Position numbers and translations under genes: made by a program. Below are positions 57,585 through 64,000 of a stretch of DNA of 64,000 nt, one piece after another. The stretch's first letter is position 1; every line of letters starts with the position of its first letter. This DNA comes from Geopsychrobacteraceae bacterium (lineage in GTDB: Bacteria > Desulfobacterota > Desulfuromonadia > Desulfuromonadales > Geopsychrobacteraceae): NCBI GenBank assembly GCA_963662315.1, contig OY759353.1:4544001-4608000 (forward strand), read 5' to 3'. The notes beneath the pieces are model-generated. The model was given only the letters and a program-made list of their open reading frames with translations. It did not search any database and was not told where the DNA came from.

Positions 57585-60500
57585 ATGGCGTATTCGTTTG
57601 CGAATAATCCGCTCCTCAGGAAGCACTTCGCAAAGGTTACGAATATCATCGATATTCCTAATCTCATTGATATTCAAAAAACTTCTTACAAAAGATTTTT
57701 ACAGGCTGAAATACCTGTTTCTGAGCGTAAGCAAAGTGGTCTTGAAGCTGTTTTTCGCTCGGTCTTCCCGATTCGTGACTTCAGTGATACATGTTCTATG
57801 GAGTATGTATCCTATGATCTGGGAACACCTAAATATGATGTTGAGGAATGCCATCAACGTGGGATGACCTACGCAGCACCCATTAAGGTAAAGGTGCGTT
57901 TGGTGTCCTGGGATGTTGATAAGGATTCTGGTGCCCAATCAATACGTGACATCAAAGAGCAGGAAGTCTACTTCGGCGAAATACCGCTCATGACGGATAA
58001 CGGTACCTTTATTATTAACGGTACTGAGCGGGTAATTGTTAGCCAGTTGCATAGATCTCCTGGGGTCTTTTTCTCACATGATAAAGGCAAGACGCATTCG
58101 AGCGGTAAGGTTCTTTACAACGCTCGTGTGATTCCGTATCGCGGTAGCTGGCTTGATTTTGATTTCGATCATAAGGATCTGTTGTGGGTTCGTATCGATC
58201 GTCGCAGAAAACTACCAGCAACCGTTCTGCTTAAGGCGCTTGGTTATACCACCGAAGAGCTGCTTCAGTATTACTACGATATTGAAGAAATTAATTGGGA
58301 TGGGTCTGCTTACAGCAAAGGTGTGAATTTTGATTTGCTGGCTGGACAGCGGGCCATGACAGATGTTGTCGGTACTGACGGCGAGCTTATCGTTAAGGCT
58401 AATCGTAAGTTTACCCGTGCTGCTATCCGTAAGATGAAGGAACAGGATGTTAACACTATCCCTGTTCTTTTCGAAGGTCTTATTGGGCAGGTGGTCGCTA
58501 CCGATATTATCGATGAAACAACCGGTGAAGTTTTACTCGAATGTAATTCCGAGTTGACAGAAGCAAAGCTCGATGAGTTCAAGGCAAAGGGGGTCAACTC
58601 CTTCCCAATCCTGTTCATCGATCATCTTTATGTCGGTTCTTATCTGAGTGACACTTTACGTGTTGATAAGGTTGAGACTGCTGAAGACGGCATTATCGAG
58701 ATTTTCCGTCGTCTACGCCCTGGTGATCCACCAACCATTAAGACTGCGACCAGTTTGTTCGAAAGTCTTTTCTTTAGTGAAGAGCGTTACGATATTTCTG
58801 CGGTAGGCCGCCTTAAGCTCAACCATAAGCTCAGCGTTGATAGCCCCATTGAGCAGACAACCCTCACCAAGGAAGATATCCTTCAGGTTGTTCGTTACCT
58901 GATCGATCTGCGCAATGGCAAAGGGTCCATTGATGATATTGACCATCTGGGCAATCGACGTGTTCGTGCCGTAGGTGAGTTGCTTGAAAATCAGTACCGT
59001 GTTGGGCTGGTCCGCATGGAACGTGCCATTAAGGAACGTATGAGCCTTCAGGATGTCGATAGCCTGATGCCTCATGACCTGATTAATTCAAAGCCCGTCT
59101 CCGCTGTTGTTAAAGAGTTTTTTGGCTCTTCGCAGTTGTCTCAGTTTATGGATCAAACCAATCCGTTATCTGAGGTCACCCATAAGCGGCGTTTGTCTGC
59201 TTTGGGACCTGGCGGTCTTACTCGCGAGCGTGCTGGCTTTGAGGTTCGTGACGTTCATCCGACTCACTATGGCCGGGTATGTCCGATTGAAACACCTGAA
59301 GGGCCAAACATCGGTCTGATCGCGTCATTGTCGACTTATGCACGTATTAATGAATATGGCTTCGTTGAGACTCCATATCGCATTGTCGAAAACGGTCAAG
59401 TTACTGATCAGATTAAATACTTCTCCGCTTTGGAAGAAGAGGGTCATTCCATCGCTCAGGCCAATGCACCAATTGATGATGATGGTGTGTTTGTCAATGA
59501 GCTGGTCAACGTTCGTCAGAACGGTGAGTTTCTGTTGATGGCTCCTGATCAGATTAACCTGATGGATGTTTCACCGAAACAGATTGTATCGGTTGCCGCA
59601 GCGCTGATTCCATTTCTTGAGAACGATGATGCTAACCGTGCTCTGATGGGGTCCAACATGCAGCGCCAGGCAGTACCTCTGTTACGTACTGACGCTCCCT
59701 TGGTTGGGACTGGTATGGAGCGTGTCGTTGCTCATGATTCTGGCAACTCTGTTGTTGCCCGTCATGATGGTATTGTTGAAAGTGTTGACGCTGATCGTGT
59801 GGTTATTCAGATTGCCGAAAGTGAAGCTGATGAAACTGGCACTGGTGTTGATATTTACAATCTACTCAAGTTTAGCCGCTCTAACCAGAACACCTGTATT
59901 AACCAGAAGCCGATCGTTAAGGTTGGTGACAGGGTTAAACGTGGTGATGTTATAGCTGACGGTCCCTCTACTCAGTGGGGGGAATTGGCTCTTGGCCAGA
60001 ATGTCATGGTCGCCTTCATGCCATGGAACGGCTATAACTTTGAGGACTCTATCCTCATCTCTGAGAAACTCGTTCAGGAAGATCGTTACACCTCGATCCA
60101 TATTGAAGAGTTTGAGTGCGTTGCTCGTGATACCAAGTTAGGGAAAGAGGAAATTACTGACGATATTCCTAACCTTGGTGAAGATGCACTGCGGAACCTC
60201 GATGAGTCAGGTATTATTCGTATTGGCGCAAGTGTTAAGCCCGGCGATATCCTGGTTGGTAAAATCACTCCCAAGGGCGAGACCCAACTGTCGCCTGAAG
60301 AAAAACTGTTGCGTGCTATTTTTGGTGAAAAAGCCGGAGATGTCCGTGACACTTCTCTTCGTGTGCCACCAGGTGAAGAAGGCGTTGTTATCGGCGCCCG
60401 CGTTTTCTCGCGCAAAGGGTCAGATAAGGATGCCCGAACCGAGCAGATCGAAGCTCGTGAGATCGACAAGCTGAAAAAGGACCAGGATGACGAGGTTCGG

Positions 60501-61688
60501 ATTCTGCGCAAGTCGACCCGGAATAAAATTCGGTCCTTACTGGTAGATACGACTGCTGCGGTTTCCCTTGAAGATCAGGCCGGGAATGAAATTTTACCAA
60601 AAGGTAAAAAGATCACCGAGCAGGCATTTGACAAGGTGCCGTTCAATCTGATTCGGGAAATATCGTTATCTGGTGCTCCAGAAATTGAGAACCGCGTAAC
60701 CACCTTGCTCAATCGACTTGAAGAGCGTGAGCAGATTATTGCTGCTGTTTTTGAAGATAAGATTGAAAAATGCAAGCGTGGTGATGATCTTCCACCGGGT
60801 GTCATCAAAATGGTCAAAGTTTACATTGCTATTAAACGTAAACTTCAGGTCGGTGACAAGATGGCTGGTCGCCATGGTAATAAAGGGGTTCTGTCGCGCA
60901 TTCTTCCACAAGAAGATATGCCATATATGGAAGACGGAACTCCTGTTGAGATCGTGCTGAATCCGCTAGGTGTTCCGTCTCGTATGAACGTCGGGCAGAT
61001 TCTTGAGACCCACTTGGGGCTTGCCGCACGAGGCCTTGGCAATCAGATCCGCAAGGTTGTAGAAGAGCAGTATAGTGAATCTGCGCTTAAGGCTCAGATC
61101 AAGGCTGCCTACCAGGACGAAGAACTGAACGGCTTTATCGATAATCTCGATGAGGACAGTTTGAAAGTCCTTGCGCGGCGCCTTATGCACGGTGTGCCCA
61201 TGGCATCTCCGGTATTTGAAGGTGTTGCTGAAGATCAGATCAAAAGCGAGCTGGCTCGCTCTGGATTTCACAGTAGTGGTCAGATGACCCTTTTCGATGG
61301 ACGTACCGGTGTAGCTTTCAAAGAGAAGGTCACCGTTGGTATAATGTACATGCTGAAGCTTCACCACCTTGTTGATGACAAGATCCACGCCCGTTCTATC
61401 GGACCGTACAGTCTCGTTACCCAACAACCACTTGGTGGTAAGGCTCAATTTGGTGGACAGCGTCTCGGTGAGATGGAAGTTTGGGCGATGGAGGCCTACG
61501 GCGCGGCTCACGCGTTGCAGGAATTCCTGACCGTCAAGTCAGATGACGTAGCTGGCCGGACACGCATGTATGAAGCTATTGTTAAAGGTAAGCATACGCT
61601 GGAAGCTGGTCTGCCAGAATCCTTCAACGTGTTGATCAAGGAATTGCAGGCTTTGTGCCTGGATGTTGATCTCCTCGAAGAAGACTGA
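57585..61688 (+). CDS. rpoB: RNA polymerase subunit beta
   Basis: [40 protein letters not shown]. Confidence 0.99.
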   Translation: MAYSFANNPLLRKHFAKVTNIIDIPNLIDIQKTSYKRFLQAEIPVSERKQSGLEAVFRSVFPIRDFSDTCSMEYVSYDLGTPKYDVEECHQRGMTYAAPIKVKVRLVSWDVDKDSGAQSIRDIKEQEVYFGEIPLMTDNGTFIINGTERVIVSQLHRSPGVFFSHDKGKTHSSGKVLYNARVIPYRGSWLDFDFDHKDLLWVRIDRRRKLPATVLLKALGYTTEELLQYYYDIEEINWDGSAYSKGVNFDLLAGQRAMTDVVGTDGELIVKANRKFTRAAIRKMKEQDVNTIPVLFEGLIGQVVATDIIDETTGEVLLECNSELTEAKLDEFKAKGVNSFPILFIDHLYVGSYLSDTLRVDKVETAEDGIIEIFRRLRPGDPPTIKTATSLFESLFFSEERYDISAVGRLKLNHKLSVDSPIEQTTLTKEDILQVVRYLIDLRNGKGSIDDIDHLGNRRVRAVGELLENQYRVGLVRMERAIKERMSLQDVDSLMPHDLINSKPVSAVVKEFFGSSQLSQFMDQTNPLSEVTHKRRLSALGPGGLTRERAGFEVRDVHPTHYGRVCPIETPEGPNIGLIASLSTYARINEYGFVETPYRIVENGQVTDQIKYFSALEEEGHSIAQANAPIDDDGVFVNELVNVRQNGEFLLMAPDQINLMDVSPKQIVSVAAALIPFLENDDANRALMGSNMQRQAVPLLRTDAPLVGTGMERVVAHDSGNSVVARHDGIVESVDADRVVIQIAESEADETGTGVDIYNLLKFSRSNQNTCINQKPIVKVGDRVKRGDVIADGPSTQWGELALGQNVMVAFMPWNGYNFEDSILISEKLVQEDRYTSIHIEEFECVARDTKLGKEEITDDIPNLGEDALRNLDESGIIRIGASVKPGDILVGKITPKGETQLSPEEKLLRAIFGEKAGDVRDTSLRVPPGEEGVVIGARVFSRKGSDKDARTEQIEAREIDKLKKDQDDEVRILRKSTRNKIRSLLVDTTAAVSLEDQAGNEILPKGKKITEQAFDKVPFNLIREISLSGAPEIENRVTTLLNRLEEREQIIAAVFEDKIEKCKRGDDLPPGVIKMVKVYIAIKRKLQVGDKMAGRHGNKGVLSRILPQEDMPYMEDGTPVEIVLNPLGVPSRMNVGQILETHLGLAARGLGNQIRKVVEEQYSESALKAQIKAAYQDEELNGFIDNLDEDSLKVLARRLMHGVPMASPVFEGVAEDQIKSELARSGFHSSGQMTLFDGRTGVAFKEKVTVGIMYMLKLHHLVDDKIHARSIGPYSLVTQQPLGGKAQFGGQRLGEMEVWAMEAYGAAHALQEFLTVKSDDVAGRTRMYEAIVKGKHTLEAGLPESFNVLIKELQALCLDVDLLEED

Positions 61689-61730
61689 GATTCACTCACT
61701 CTTGGCAGATTCGTTTAGTAAAAAAGCTGA

Positions 61731-64000
<2,270 letters not shown>

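Overview
64 kb window from a Desulfuromonadales-like deltaproteobacterium (inferred from gene content and protein style). About 1-7.1 kb is an accessory patch: a broken IS4-family transposase, a MITE-like element, two paralogous AraC regulators, two secreted lipoprotein esterases and a remnant of a third esterase. About 7-38 kb is mixed housekeeping and signalling: MoxR-DUF58-transglutaminase, amrS, a TRAP binding protein next to a hybrid kinase, trkAH, pgeF, rluD, speEA, proC, uvrC, an MCP and malQ. About 44-64 kb is core genome: rlmD, ispG, proS, pyrF, rlmB, five tRNAs, tuf, rpmG, secE, nusG, rplKAJL, rpoB and partial rpoC. The highlight is at 39-44.3 kb. A LysR regulator is divergent from a decaheme cytochrome c and an MtrB/PioB-like outer-membrane beta-barrel. 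The ORF track splits the barrel in two, but it is one reading frame interrupted by a single in-frame TGA (40278-40280), followed 12 nt later by a SECIS-like hairpin. This predicts a 784-aa porin with a CXXCH motif and selenocysteine at position 625, and a YedF-like selenium metabolism gene lies directly downstream. All family assignments come from motif recognition by eye; no searches were run.
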